This document shows positions 27,871 through 39,754 of a DNA stretch of 64,000 nucleotides, piece after piece. The DNA lies in NCBI RefSeq assembly GCF_963921235.1, contig NC_086109.1, positions 806,001-870,000 on the forward strand, in the 5' to 3' direction. Within the stretch, counting starts at the first letter, position 1. Every line of letters starts with the position of its first letter. Source of the stretch: Mobula hypostoma. Taxonomy: Eukaryota. The translations under genes were made by a program, and so were the position numbers. Below the pieces are notes generated by a model. The model saw only the letters and a list, made by a program, of their open reading frames with translations, was not told the origin of the DNA and searched no databases.

Positions 27871-28554
27871 ACCTTTTCTCTATGCCAGTCTCTCCACCTC
27901 CTAACCCCACTCTCTATCCCTCTCATCTCCCTCTATCCCACTTCCCTACATGCATGCTCCATCCCCCTTTCCACCCTCCAGCCCCCAATCTCCAACCCTC
28001 TCTCCATCCTACTTTCATTGCCACTCTCTCCATTTTTGCATCCCTCATCCTCTCTATCTCCTTCTCTGGCCATCTCCATCCCCCTGTCATTACATCTCCC
28101 CATCTTCTTTCTATCTTCCTGTCCCACTCCCCACCTCCCTTCCTCTCTCTGTCCATCTCTCCCTGTCCCTCCCCCATCCCCCTCTCATTTTCCATCCCTT
28201 CCTATTTCCCTAAACCTCTCTTGCTAGATTTTCTTTCCATCTCCCTCTCCCCAACTTCCTCTCTCCAGTTCCAGCATTCTCCCTTCCCCCATTTTTTCTC
28301 CAACTTCCCCTCCCTCTCCACAATATAGCTGTCACTCTCACAATCTCCCTGGGCCCTCTGTCAGGCCTGCATCTTCAACTGTCTCTGCTTCACTCCTTCG
28401 CCCTGTTCTCCTCCCCATCAAACTCTCCCGCCTTTCCTCATAACCTCTTCTCTCAAACTTCTCCTCTTTCCCTCTAACTGATTCTCTCCATTTCTCCCAC
28501 CACTCTCTCTCTACTCCTCTAACTATTGCTGCTCCTTTCTTAATCTCTCTGGCT

Positions 28555-31500
28555 CATCTGACCCTGTGGTGCAGAAGGGTGGCACGGAGAAGAGGAGAGC
28601 TGTCGTCATTGGAGATTCCATAGTCAGGGGAGCAGACAGCAGATTTTGTGGACGTGAGAAGGACACCCACATGGTTTGTTGCCTCCCGGGTGCCAGGGTC
28701 CGGGATGTCTCTGACCGGGTGCACGACATCCTGGTACGAGAGGGAAAGCAATCAGAAGTCGTGATAAATGTTGGCACCAACGACATAGGCAGGAAGAGGG
28801 ATGAGGTCCTGAAGTGTGAGTTTCGGGAACTAGGCAGAAGGCTGAAAAACAGGACCTCAAGGGTGGCGTTCTCAGGGTTGCTGCCAGTGCTACGTGATAG
28901 TGATGGTAAGAATTGGAGGAGATGGCAGTTGAATGCGTGGCTGAGGAGTTGGTGCAGGGAGCAGGGTTTTAGATTGGGATCTCTTCTGGGGAAGGTGGGA
29001 CCTGTACAGATTGGATGGGTCGCACCTGAACTCGAGGGGGAGCAATATCCTTGCAGGTAGGTTTGCTAGCATGGTTCGGGAGGGTTCGCGATAAAGCAGT
29101 GAAAGAAGTACATGGAGTAAAGCCAGATCTAACATATAGAGAGGCCTTGAGGGAAGAGAAGCAGAATAAACGGTGTAAAGGTAGTAAGGTAGAAGGGCTA
29201 AAGTGTGTGTACTTCAATGCAAGAAGCATCAGGAACAAAGGTGATGAACTGAGAGTTTGAATGCATACATGGGATTATGATGTGGTGGCCTTTATAGAGA
29301 CTTGGCTGGCACCAGGGCAGGAATGGATTCTCAATATTCCTGAATTTCAGTGCTTTAAAAGGGATAGAGAGGGGGGGAAAGGGGAGGAGGTATGGCATTA
29401 CTGGTCAGGGATACTATTACAGCTACAGAAAGGGTGGGTAACATAACAGGATCTTCTTTTGAGTCAGTATGGGTGGAAGTCAGGAACAGAAAGGGAGCAG
29501 TTACTCTGTTGGGAGTATTCTATAGGCCCCCTGGTAACAGCAGAGATACAGAGGAGCAGATTGGGAGGCAGATTTTGGAAAGGTGCAAAATTAACAGGGC
29601 TGTTATCATGGGTGACTTTAACTTCCCTAATATTGATTGGCACCTGATTAGTTCCAAGGGTTTAGACAGGGCAGAGTTTGTTAAATGTGTCCAGGACATA
29701 TGTTGACAGGCCGACTAGGGGGAATGCCGTACTAGATCTAGTAGTAGGTAACGAACCGGGTCAGGTCACAGATGAGCACCTGGGGGACAGTGACCACTGC
29801 TCCCTGGCCTTCAGCATTATCATGGAAAAGGGTAGAATCAGAGAGGACAGGAACATTTTTAATTGGGGAAGGGCAAATTATGAGGCTATAAGGCTAGAAA
29901 TTGCGGGTGTGAATTGGGATGATGTTTGTGCAGGGAAATGTACTATGGACATGTGGTCAATGTTTAGAGATCTCTTGCAGGATGTTAGTGGTAAATTTGT
30001 CCCAGTGAGAAAGATAAAGAATGGTAGCGTGAAGGAACCATGGGTGACAAGTGAGGTGGAAAATCTAGTCAGGTGGAAGAAGGCAGCATACATGAGGTTT
30101 AGGAAGCAAGGATCAGATGGATCTATTGAGAAATATAGGGTAGCAAGAAAGGAGCTTAAGAAGCGGCTGAGAAGAGCAAGAAGGGGGCTTGAGAAGGCCT
30201 TGGCGAGTGAGGTAAAGGAAAACCCCAAGGCATTCTTCAATTATGTGAAGAACAAAAGGATGACAGGAGTGAAGGTAGAATCGATTAGAGATAAAGGTGG
30301 GAAGATGTGCCTGGAGGCTGTGGAAGTGAGCGAGGTCCTCAATGAATACTTCTCTTTTGTATTCACCAATGAGAGGGAACCTGATGACGGTGAGGATAAT
30401 ATGAGTGAGGTTGATGTTCTGGAGCATGTTGATATTAAGGGAGAGGTGGTGTTGGAGTTATTAAAATACATTAGGATGGATAAGTCCCCAGGGCCGGACG
30501 GAATATTCCCCAGGCTGCTTCACGAGGCGAGGGAAGAGATTTCTGAGCCTCTGGCTAGGAGCTTTACCTCCTCGTTGTCGACAGGAATGGTACCGGAGGA
30601 TTGAATGGAAGCAAATGTTGTCTCCTTGTTCAAAAAAGGTAGTAGGGATAGTCTGGGTAATTATAGACCAGTGAGCCTTATGTCTGTGGTGGGAAAGCTG
30701 TTGGAAAAGATTCTTAGAGATAGGATCTATGGGTATTTAGAGAAACATGGTCTGCTCAGGGACAGTCAGCATGGCTTTGTGAAGGGAAGATCATGTCTAA
30801 CAAGCTACACGGAGTTCTCTGAGGAGGTGACCAGGCATATAGATGTGGGTAGTGCAGTGGATGTGATCTACATGGATTTTAGTAAGGCATTTGACAAGGT
30901 TCCACATGATAGGCTTATTCAGAAAGTCAGAAGGCATGGGATCCAGGGAAGTTTGGCCAGGTGGATTCTGAATTGGCTTGCCTGAAGAAGGTGAGGGTCG
31001 TGGTGGAGGGAGTACATTCGGATTGGAGGGTTTTGACTGGTGGTGTCACACAACGATCGGTTCTGAGACCTCTTCTTCTCGTGATTTTTTTAATGACCTG
31101 AATGTCGGGGTAGAAGGGTGGGTTGGAAAGTTGTAGAGTGGTGGTGTTGTAAATAGTGTAGAGGATTGTCGAAGATTGCAGAGAGACATTGATAGGTTGC
31201 AGAAGTGGGCTGAGATGTGGCAGATGGAGTTCAACCCGGAGAAGTGTGAGGTGGTACACTTTGGAAGGACAAACTCTAAGGCAGAGTACAAAGTAAATGG
31301 CAGGATACTTGGCAGTGTGGAGGAGCAGAGGGATCTGGGGGTACATGTCCACAGATCCCTGAAAGTTGCCTCACAGGTAGATAGGGTAGTTAAGAAAGCT
31401 TATGGGGTGTTAGCTTTCATAAGTCAAGGGATAGAGTTTAAGAGTTGTGAGGTAATGATGCAGATCTATAAAACTCTGGTTAGGCCACACTTGGAGTACT

Positions 31501-31992
31501 GTGTCCAGTTCTGGTCGCCTCTCTATAGGAAGGATGTGGAAGCATTGGAAAGGGTACAGAGGAGATTTACCAGGATGCTGCCTGGTTTAGAGAGTATGCA
31601 TTATGATCAGAGATTAAGGGAGCTAGGGCTTTACTCTTTGGAGAGAAGGAGGATGAGAGGAGACATGATTAAGAGGAATAGATAGAGTGGATAGCCAGTG
31701 CCTCTTCCCCAGGGCACCACTGCTCAATACAAGAGGACATGGCTTTAAGGTAAGGGGTGGGAAGTTCAAGGGGGATATTGGAGGAAGGTTTTTCACTCAG
31801 AGACTGGTTGGTGTGTGGAATACACTGCCTGAGTCAGTGGTGGAGGCAGATACACTAGTGAAATTTAAGAGACTACTGGACAAGTATATGGAGGAATTTA
31901 AGGTGGGGGGTTATATGGGAGGCAGGGTTTGAGGGTCGGCACAACAATGTGGGCCGAAGGGCCTGTACTATGCTGTACTATTCTATGTTCTA
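28555..31992 (+). mobile_element. 5'-truncated CR1 LINE (ORF1 esterase, EN, RT, 3' tail), frameshifted
   Basis: AVVIGDSIVRG..VGTND; YFNARSIRNK; MGDFNFP; QHGFVKGRSC; YMDFSKAFDKVPH; ends tattctatgttctat. Confidence 0.92.
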
Positions 31993-34750
31993 TTTCCATT
32001 GCCTCTCTATATTATCCTCCCACCCCTCTTTCCCTATCTCTCTGTTTCTCTCTGTTCCCTATTCCCATTCCACACGCAACCACTTTGTTTCTCCTCCCAC
32101 CCTTGTTGTCCATCTCACTCCAATTGTCCCAGTCACTCCCATGTTTTATTCCCACATCATATTTCCTGTCCCATTCTATCTATTTTCCATTTGCATCACC
32201 TTTTCCTTTCCCCCATTCTGCACTCTCCACTGTCACTCTGAATGCCACTCTCTAGCTCTTCATTTACCACTCTGCCTTCCCCCATTTCCCTCTCATTTCT
32301 ACTTACATAGCCTCTCCCACTCCATTGCCCATGATCAATTATCCTGTCCGCAGATTCACGTTCACCAGCCTCCTGTTCTGTTTCTGTCCATCCAGCTGTC
32401 ATCTACATTCTCCATCTCACACTCTAACTATCTGTGCCTTTGTCCCTCTCTTTCACATTCTCCATCCCTAGCCCACTCTGCTTTCTATCTTTTCTCTCTC
32501 TCCCTTCTCACTCTCCACATTCTCTTTAGCTGACCCTGTCTGTACTTACTTTGAGACACAGGGGAGGGTCAGGAGGAGTATAGGTTGGGGTAAGGAGTTA
32601 AAAAGGGTTCGGCCAGGAGAACACAGAGAGGCTACAATAGGCCATTGGTGAAAAAGGTGAAGACAAATGCCTTGTGGTGTAATTAGGGACCAAAGGGGAA
32701 ATAGTGTGAGGCATCGGAGGACATGGGAGAAGTCGTAATCAGCATTTGCAAAGGAGAGAGACATTGCAGTATAGATTTCAGGGAGGGAACAGGGTGTTCT
32801 GGAACAGATTGAGGAAGCGTTAGATGTCATATAATGCAGTAAGTGGATATACCTCTCGGGCCTAATGAGGTTCACCAGGCTGTTGTGAACACAAGAGATT
32901 CTGCAGATGCTGGAATACCAGAGCAATATACACAAAATACTGAAGGAAATCAGCAGGTCAGACTGCATCTCTGGAGAGGAATTAAGAATTGACATCTCAA
33001 GCTGAAATCCTTCATCAGGAGCATAGCCTGTTTTAGATAGCATGTGCAATCAGGAGAAGGCGGACAAATTGTGGCAAAGGCTGGGGGGAGACCTGATAAA
33101 TGTTTATAAGATTTAAGACGGCATTGTTGAAGGCAGGCGACAACTTACTGGCAGTTCCCAAAGCAAGAAGAAACACAACTAAATAATAACACTTTTAACT
33201 TAGTAATAACACTTTTTCTTTAAAAAGAATAGTGGTTAATGATTACCACGAACAATGAAGACCCGTGCAAAGGGGAGGCTGAGTCTAGGGTCGAAACGTG
33301 TGAGGGAGAGATGGAGTTGGAGGGAGGTTGAGGCATATTTCAGACAGATTCAGAGCAAAGTGGTGGCATGCTTGACACTGAGTCAGGGCATGCAAAGTGC
33401 AGAAAAGTCAGGATGAAATGTGGTATGAGGGTCCAGGCCCAGAGCACATCGAAGTGACAGGGCCCAGGTCTTAGATCTAGGAATGGCCTGATGTTTGGAT
33501 GATTTAAACACCAGGCCAGATGTCAGGACCAGAGTCAGGTCAGTTCTGCTCAAAACTCTGCAACATTTACTCTGTTCTTCACTGCACTGAGGATGTGGGC
33601 CTTGTGCAGCTGCTTCAAGCTTCATGACGCTTACTCTGCTCTTCAGTGCACTGAGGCTGTGGGCCTGCTTCAGGCTTCATGTCTGAGGGCTCACTTTCAT
33701 CCTAAATGCTATTTGCTTCCTTTTATTGTTTGCACAATTTGTTTTTTCTTCTCTCTGCACATTGGGTGTTTGACAGTTTTTTTAATGGATTCTTTCAGGT
33801 TTCTTGTTTTGTGGCTGCCAGTACGGAGGCAGATCTCAAGGTTGTATAATTTATACATACTTTGATTATAAATGTATTTTGAACTTGAAGAGGCATAGAA
33901 AGAACAACCGACTAGTGTCTTTTTCACAGGGTCAAAATGTCTGACACTTGAGGGCATGCATTTAAGGTGAGAGGGCCTAAGCTCAAGGGGATATGTGGGC
34001 TTTTGTTTTATTACACTGACAATGGTGGGTGTCTGTAATAAAATATGCAAGAGGTTCTTAGATAGTCACATGAATGTGCAGAGAATAGAGGGAAATGGAC
34101 ATTGTGCAGACAGAAGGCATATAAAAACCAGTTTAATTAGGTCTGCACAGCATCATGGGTCAAAGGACTTGCTTCTCTACTGCACTGTTCTGTGTTCTCT
34201 GTTCAAACAGAGCTACACAACTGCAAAGACCCCTGAAGGTGGCAGCACAGGAAGCCATGGTGGCAGAGAAGAGAAGCTTTCCTTCGTGATCAAGGGCTAT
34301 GGAATAAACAGAAAGCTGAGTAACTGTACAAGAAATAAATCATCGGTCAGGCCACGGCTGGAGTAAATGTGACGGATACATTTTGAGGTCAGATAGGCGT
34401 AGGAACCGTACAGAAATGAGTACAAAATGATGTACAGAGAGGGCGCAGGATTTAAGGTAGGAGGAAGGAGGTTTAAGAGGGATCTGAAGGGTAACTGAGA
34501 GTGGTTAATATCTAGAAGGCAGTGCTGGAAGAGGTGAGGGTATCAGAAACAGTCACTGTGTTTGTCAGACCATTAGACAGACAGTTGTACAGAGAATGTA
34601 TGGAAGGACACAGTGCTAATGTGGCCAAGTGCGATTGCGTAGATGAGAGAAAACATCAAAATGAAAGTGATGGGTGAAAGGCCTGTTACCCGCAGTGTCC
34701 AACTCCTTATCTCACTCCCTCCCTCACCCTTGCTAGCTCCCTTCACTTAC

Positions 34751-34901
34751 GGTGAACATTGAGTCGGACGATGGTCTCCTTTCCAGCAGGCAACGCCATG
34801 TTACTTGTATGGCAGGTGAACAGGCGGCCAGTGTCCACATCGGTGGGAGTGATGGGGAGGGTGCTGATGGTCGTGGACCTCTTCCCGTCATCCATCACAG
34901 C
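34751..34901 (-). CDS. KIRREL1: KIRREL1-like exon (Ig2 C-half)
   Basis: AVMDDGKRSTTISTLPITPTDVDTGRLFTCHTSNMALPAGKETIVRLNVH; cccAG/GTaagt; 151 bp, phase 0-1. Confidence 0.9.
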
Positions 34902-34904
34902 CTG

Positions 34905-37900
34905 GGAACAGGGAGAAAATCAAGGATGGAGAGCAGAGGTGGAAAGAGGCGGAAGGGGTGTGAGTGGGAAGGAGAAGGAAGTTGTGAAGGGGAGGAGGGG
35001 AAGCAAGGGGGAGGAAAGTAAGACTGGGAGAAAGGAGGGAGAGAGATGCAAGGAGAGATGAAGAAAAGGGGATGAGAGCAAAGGAGATGGTGAGGGGAAG
35101 GAGGGAGCACAAGGGAATCAAGGAGATGGGAAGGGGAGAAAGGTAGAATAGAGAGGAGGAAGGGAATGAGGGAAGGTTTACGAGGAGAAAGGGGGATGGA
35201 ATAGAGAGTGGCAGGGATAGAGGCAATGAGAGGGTGGAGAGAGAAGGCAGTGAGAGAATGAATTGAGAGCTGAAGAAAGGGGGAGAGACAAGAGGAGTGA
35301 GATGAGGGAGGGAGAAACATGAGGAAGAAAGATGGCGAGAGCGATGGAAATAGAGTTGGGGAGAAAGATGGTGAGAGAGTTGGGGAGAGATGGGGAAAAT
35401 GAGATGGGGAAAAGTGATGGGAGAGAGGGATGGGGAAGAGAGATAGGGAAGTGAAATGGGGAAGAGAAACGGGAAGAGAGATGTGGAAAAGAAAGGGGAA
35501 AAGAGTTGAGGGAGAGAGATGGGTAGGGTAGTGGGGAGAAAGATGGGGAAGACAGATGGGGAAGAGAGAGATTATGAGTGAGAGATGGGGTGAGTGATGG
35601 GAAAAGATATGGTGAGTGAAAGATGGGGAGAGAGATGGAGAAGTGAGTTGGAGAGACATGATGGGTGAGGGGGGAGAAAGGTGCAGGAGAGATGGAGAAG
35701 AGAGATGTCAGTGAGAGAGATGGTGGGTGAGTGATACAGAAGAAAGATAGGGGAAAGGTAGGGGAGGGAAGTGGGGAAGAGAGGTGGAGGAGAAAGGAGG
35801 GGGACAGAGTTGGGGTGAGAAATGGGAAGAGAGTTGGGGAAGAACAGAGGGGAAAGGAGCTGGGGAAGAGAGGTGGGAAAGGGAGGTGGGAAGAGATTGG
35901 AGAGGTAGATGAGGAGAGACATGGGGAGAGAAGAGAGACGGCAGAGACAAGTGTAGAGTGGTTGGGAGAGGTGGAGAGAGAAGTGGGAAGGGAAATAGTG
36001 TGTGAGAGATGTGGAAGAGCAGTGGGGAAGTGAGATGCGGAGAGAGTTTGGGGGAGAGATGGGTGAAATGGGAAGGGGATTGGTAGAGAGATGAGGAGAA
36101 AGATAGGAAAGTGAGGTGGGGAGAGATGTGGGGTAGAAAGTTGAGCGAGAGAGTCGAGGGAGGGTGATGGGGAAGAGAGATGGGGGAGAGAGTTGAGGGT
36201 TGAGATGAGGAAGAAAGATGGGGAGAGAAATGTGGGAGAGAGATGGGGAAGAGGGATGTGAAAGTGAGAGAGGGAGATGTGGAAGAGAGATGTGGAGAAA
36301 GAATGGGAGAGAGTTGGGAAACAGAATTGGTGAAAAGCAAAGTGAAGAGAGATGGGAGATTTGAGGACAGAAGTGGCAAGGGAGACGATGAGTAAAGATG
36401 TGGAAGAGAAGTGGGGGAGTGATGTGGGGAAGAGTGATGGAGAGAGAGTTGGGGAGAGATGATGAGAGAGATGGGGAGAAAGATGGGGTGGGAGATGTGA
36501 TGGGGAAGAGAGGTGGGAGAGAGAATTGGGGAGGAAGGTGAGGGAGGGAGAGAGGGAAGAGAGATGGGCAAAAGAGACAGGGAGGAAGTTGGGCTAGGAG
36601 ATGAGGAAGAGAGGTGTTGGACAGAGATGGGAAGAGAGATGTGGTAGATAGGTGGGGGAGAGATGGGGAAGTGAAGTGGGGAGAGAGATAGGTAAGAGAA
36701 TGGGGAAGAGAGGTAGGGAAGAGAAATGGCGAACATAGAATTGGAGAGATATTCGGAGGGATGGGGAGAGAGGTGGAGAGAGAGTTGAGGGAGAGAGATG
36801 GGGAAGATAGATGGAGAGGTGAAAGAAGGTAAAGAGAGATGTTGGGAGAGATGGGGTAGAGTGGTAAGGGAGAAAGATGAGGAGAGATATGGGGTAGAGG
36901 GATGGTGAGGAGACATGGAGAAAAGAGCTGTGGCAGAGAGATGTGAAGTGAGATGGGGAAGAGATGTGGGGGAGAGAGATGGATGGAAATAGATGGGAAG
37001 GGAGAAATGCAAGAGGGAGATGGCAGAAGAGAGATGCTGAGAGAAGGAAGGGCAAGAAGTAGGGGTGAGCTGCGGGAGAGGAGTGCGGGAGAGAGATGGA
37101 GAGAGGGGGAGAGATTGGAGGAACGAGATGAGTGGAGACATGGGGGAGAGAGATGGAAGGAGAGAGATGGGGAGAGAAATGGGGCAGAGAGATGGAGGAG
37201 AGGTGAGGAAGTGAAATTGGGAGAGAGATGGGGAGAGGTGGAGAGATTGGGAGATATGGGGAGAGATATAGAGAGATGGAGGAGATGGAGGGGAGGTGGT
37301 GGGAGAAAGATGAAGCAGAGAGATTGGGATAGAGTGGGGGTGAGTGAGAAAGAGGGTGAGATGGGAAGAAAGGGAGAGGAGGGAAAGATAAGAGAGGGAG
37401 AAGGAAGAGGAAAGGGTGGAAGAGATAGTGTGGGAGACAGATGGGGAAGACAGATGGTAGATAGATGGGGTGAGACAGTTGAGCTGAGAGAGAAAGGAGA
37501 GAGGAGGAAACAGAAAGGGGATACAAAGTGGGATGACAGCTGGGGGTGTTAAAGTGAAAGGGTGGGAGAAAGCCGGTTGGAGAGAGAAGGTGGGAGAGAG
37601 GGAGAGGGGAGGGCAAGAGATAGGGGTGAGCTGCAGGAGAGGGGTGCGGGTGTGGGTGTGGGAAGAGAGAGTTTAGTGAGAGGGATTAGAGAGAGTGGTT
37701 AGAAAGAGTGGTCAGAGAGGGGGTGGTATGATAGAAAAAGGGGATAAAGAGAGGGGAAGGACAGAGAAAGAGTAGGTGGGAGTGAGACGTGAGAGAGAGA
37801 AATGGGGGAAGAAGGAAGGGAATTTGGTGGTAGGTGGATATTTTGGTACATATTGGCAACAATATGTCAATGTGAGGAGGTCTTGAAGAGAGATTTTAGG

Positions 37901-38800
37901 GGGTTAGGTAGAAAGTTGAGAAACAGATCTTCCTCTGGATTGCTGCCTGTGCCACATGCCAGTGAGGGTAAGAATAGGATGATTTGGTAGGTGAATGCAT
38001 GGCTGAGAAATGGGTGCCAGGGGCAGGTATTAAGATTTATGAATCATTGGGATCTCTTCTGGGGAAGTTAGAACCTGTTCAAAAGATGGAAGAGATGGGA
38101 GAGCGTAATGGGAGAGAGATGTGGGGAAAGAGGTTGTGAAGAGATGGGAGAGAGATGTGGGGAAAGAGGTTGTGAGGAGATGGGGGATGAGACAGATGTG
38201 GGAGAAAGAGGTGGCGGAAGGTGGTGGGTAGAGTGAAGGAGTAGAAATTGCAAGTGTTCAAAAAGGGTAGAGGGTGGAGCGGCAGTGAGAGGGAAGTACA
38301 CTGTGGAAGGGAGGTAAAGGAGAGGAATGGGAGAGAAGGAAGGAAGGAGGAAGTTGGTGATAGATGCTTAGGGAAAACATATAGGGGAGGATAATGGGGG
38401 CAGATGAGGAAGAGCGATGGGGTGAGATTTGGGGTTATGGGGGAGAGAGAGGGTAGATGGCATGGGGCAAACCTATAGGGGAGGGGGATGGTGGGCAGAT
38501 ATGGAAGCGATGGGAAGAGGGGGTGAGAGTTGGGGGAGACAGATCGGTAAGAGTGAGAATGGAGAGAGGGGAAAGAGAGGGGTGAGAGGTGAATGGAAGA
38601 GGGAACAGAATGGGAATGATAATGAGAGATTGGAGAACCAGGTAGTGTGAGACAGACATGAAGGATGGGAAGGGATAGAGAAAGGGGCAATAGAGATGGA
38701 TTGAGCTAGTTGGGAGTGAGAAGAGGGAGGGGCAATAGTGTGAGAGGGAGTGAAAGGTAAACGTGTGAAGGGGGGGTGACACCTGTGGGAAAGAGCCCAA
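34905..38800. repeat. ~3.9-kb polypurine (GAGAGATGGG-like) low-complexity tract with a CR1 ORF1 fragment at ~37830-38085
   Basis: Near absence of C on the plus strand; recurrent gagagatgggg; embedded GLLPVPHASEGKNR. Confidence 0.85.
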
Positions 38801-38840
38801 GAGAGGAAATGTACAGGTAGGTAACGAACACAAGGCTCAC

Positions 38841-38998
38841 CTTGGAGCTGGCAGCCCCTTCCTGCACCGCACCGTCCTGGTACCAAGTGATGTCTGCTGC
38901 TGGTTTGGCTCCACGAGCTCGGCATGTTAGGTTGTACATGGAACCTGCTTTCAGCAATATCTCAGGACCATCGTCAATTACAGGGTCATCAGGAGGGA
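38841..38998 (-). CDS. KIRREL1: KIRREL1-like exon (Ig2 N-half)
   Basis: (V)[52 protein letters not shown]; ctAG/GTgag; 158 bp, phase 1-0. Confidence 0.92.
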
Positions 38999-39523
38999 CT
39001 AGAGGTTGAGCAGAGAAGACCAAGCTCAGGGAATTGTCCTTCAACCATCTCCACCTACTCACTGTCCCCTCACAATTTTTCAAGACTCAGAGATGGGGAG
39101 GAAAGGTTACAGGGCAATCAGAGACAAGGTGGGTGTTCGGGGGACAGAGGGATTCAAAGAAAAGGAGAGGTGTGGAGGCCAGAGGGTCTTACAGAGACAG
39201 GGAGGGTGTTAGGACCACAGGTGTTTATAGAGGCAGAAGCAGATCTGTGATTACAAACACAGAAGGCAGTTACATTGAAGGGTCAAAGGGTACAGGAGTT
39301 CGGGATTAGGAGGGTTTGGTAGCCAGAGGCGGTTAAAGAGATAGGGGATTATTGGGGTTGGAAAGGGTTTCAGAGACAGGGAGGTTTGTAGGGCCCAGAG
39401 GGAATTACAGAGGCCAGGAGCGGAGGTGGATCCATTGAGGTGTAGTGGGGGTCCGGCCATTGAGATGGGGAGGTTTGTTGTTGTCGCTGGGGAAGGGAAC
39501 TGGGGCTCTAGACAGCTTCTCAC

Positions 39524-39673
39524 CCAGCACAGTCAATGTTGCCCTGTCAGACCTGAGAGCCACCTCAGTCGCCTGGCACTCATAGACAGCATCGTCAGAC
39601 AGATCAGCATTCTGGATCTGCAGGTTGTGCTCCCCCTTCTCCAACTCGCCCACAATACGGTACCGAGGCCATG
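39524..39673 (-). CDS. KIRREL1: KIRREL1-like exon (Ig1 C-half)
   Basis: (A)[49 protein letters not shown]; poly-T-acAG acceptor, GTgag donor; 150 bp, phase 1-1. Confidence 0.92.
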
Positions 39674-39754
39674 CTGTAAAAAAAAAAGATGCCCGTCAGA
39701 GCAGATAGAGAGATGCCATCGCCCATTCCTCCCACAGCTCACTCCAAGAGAATA

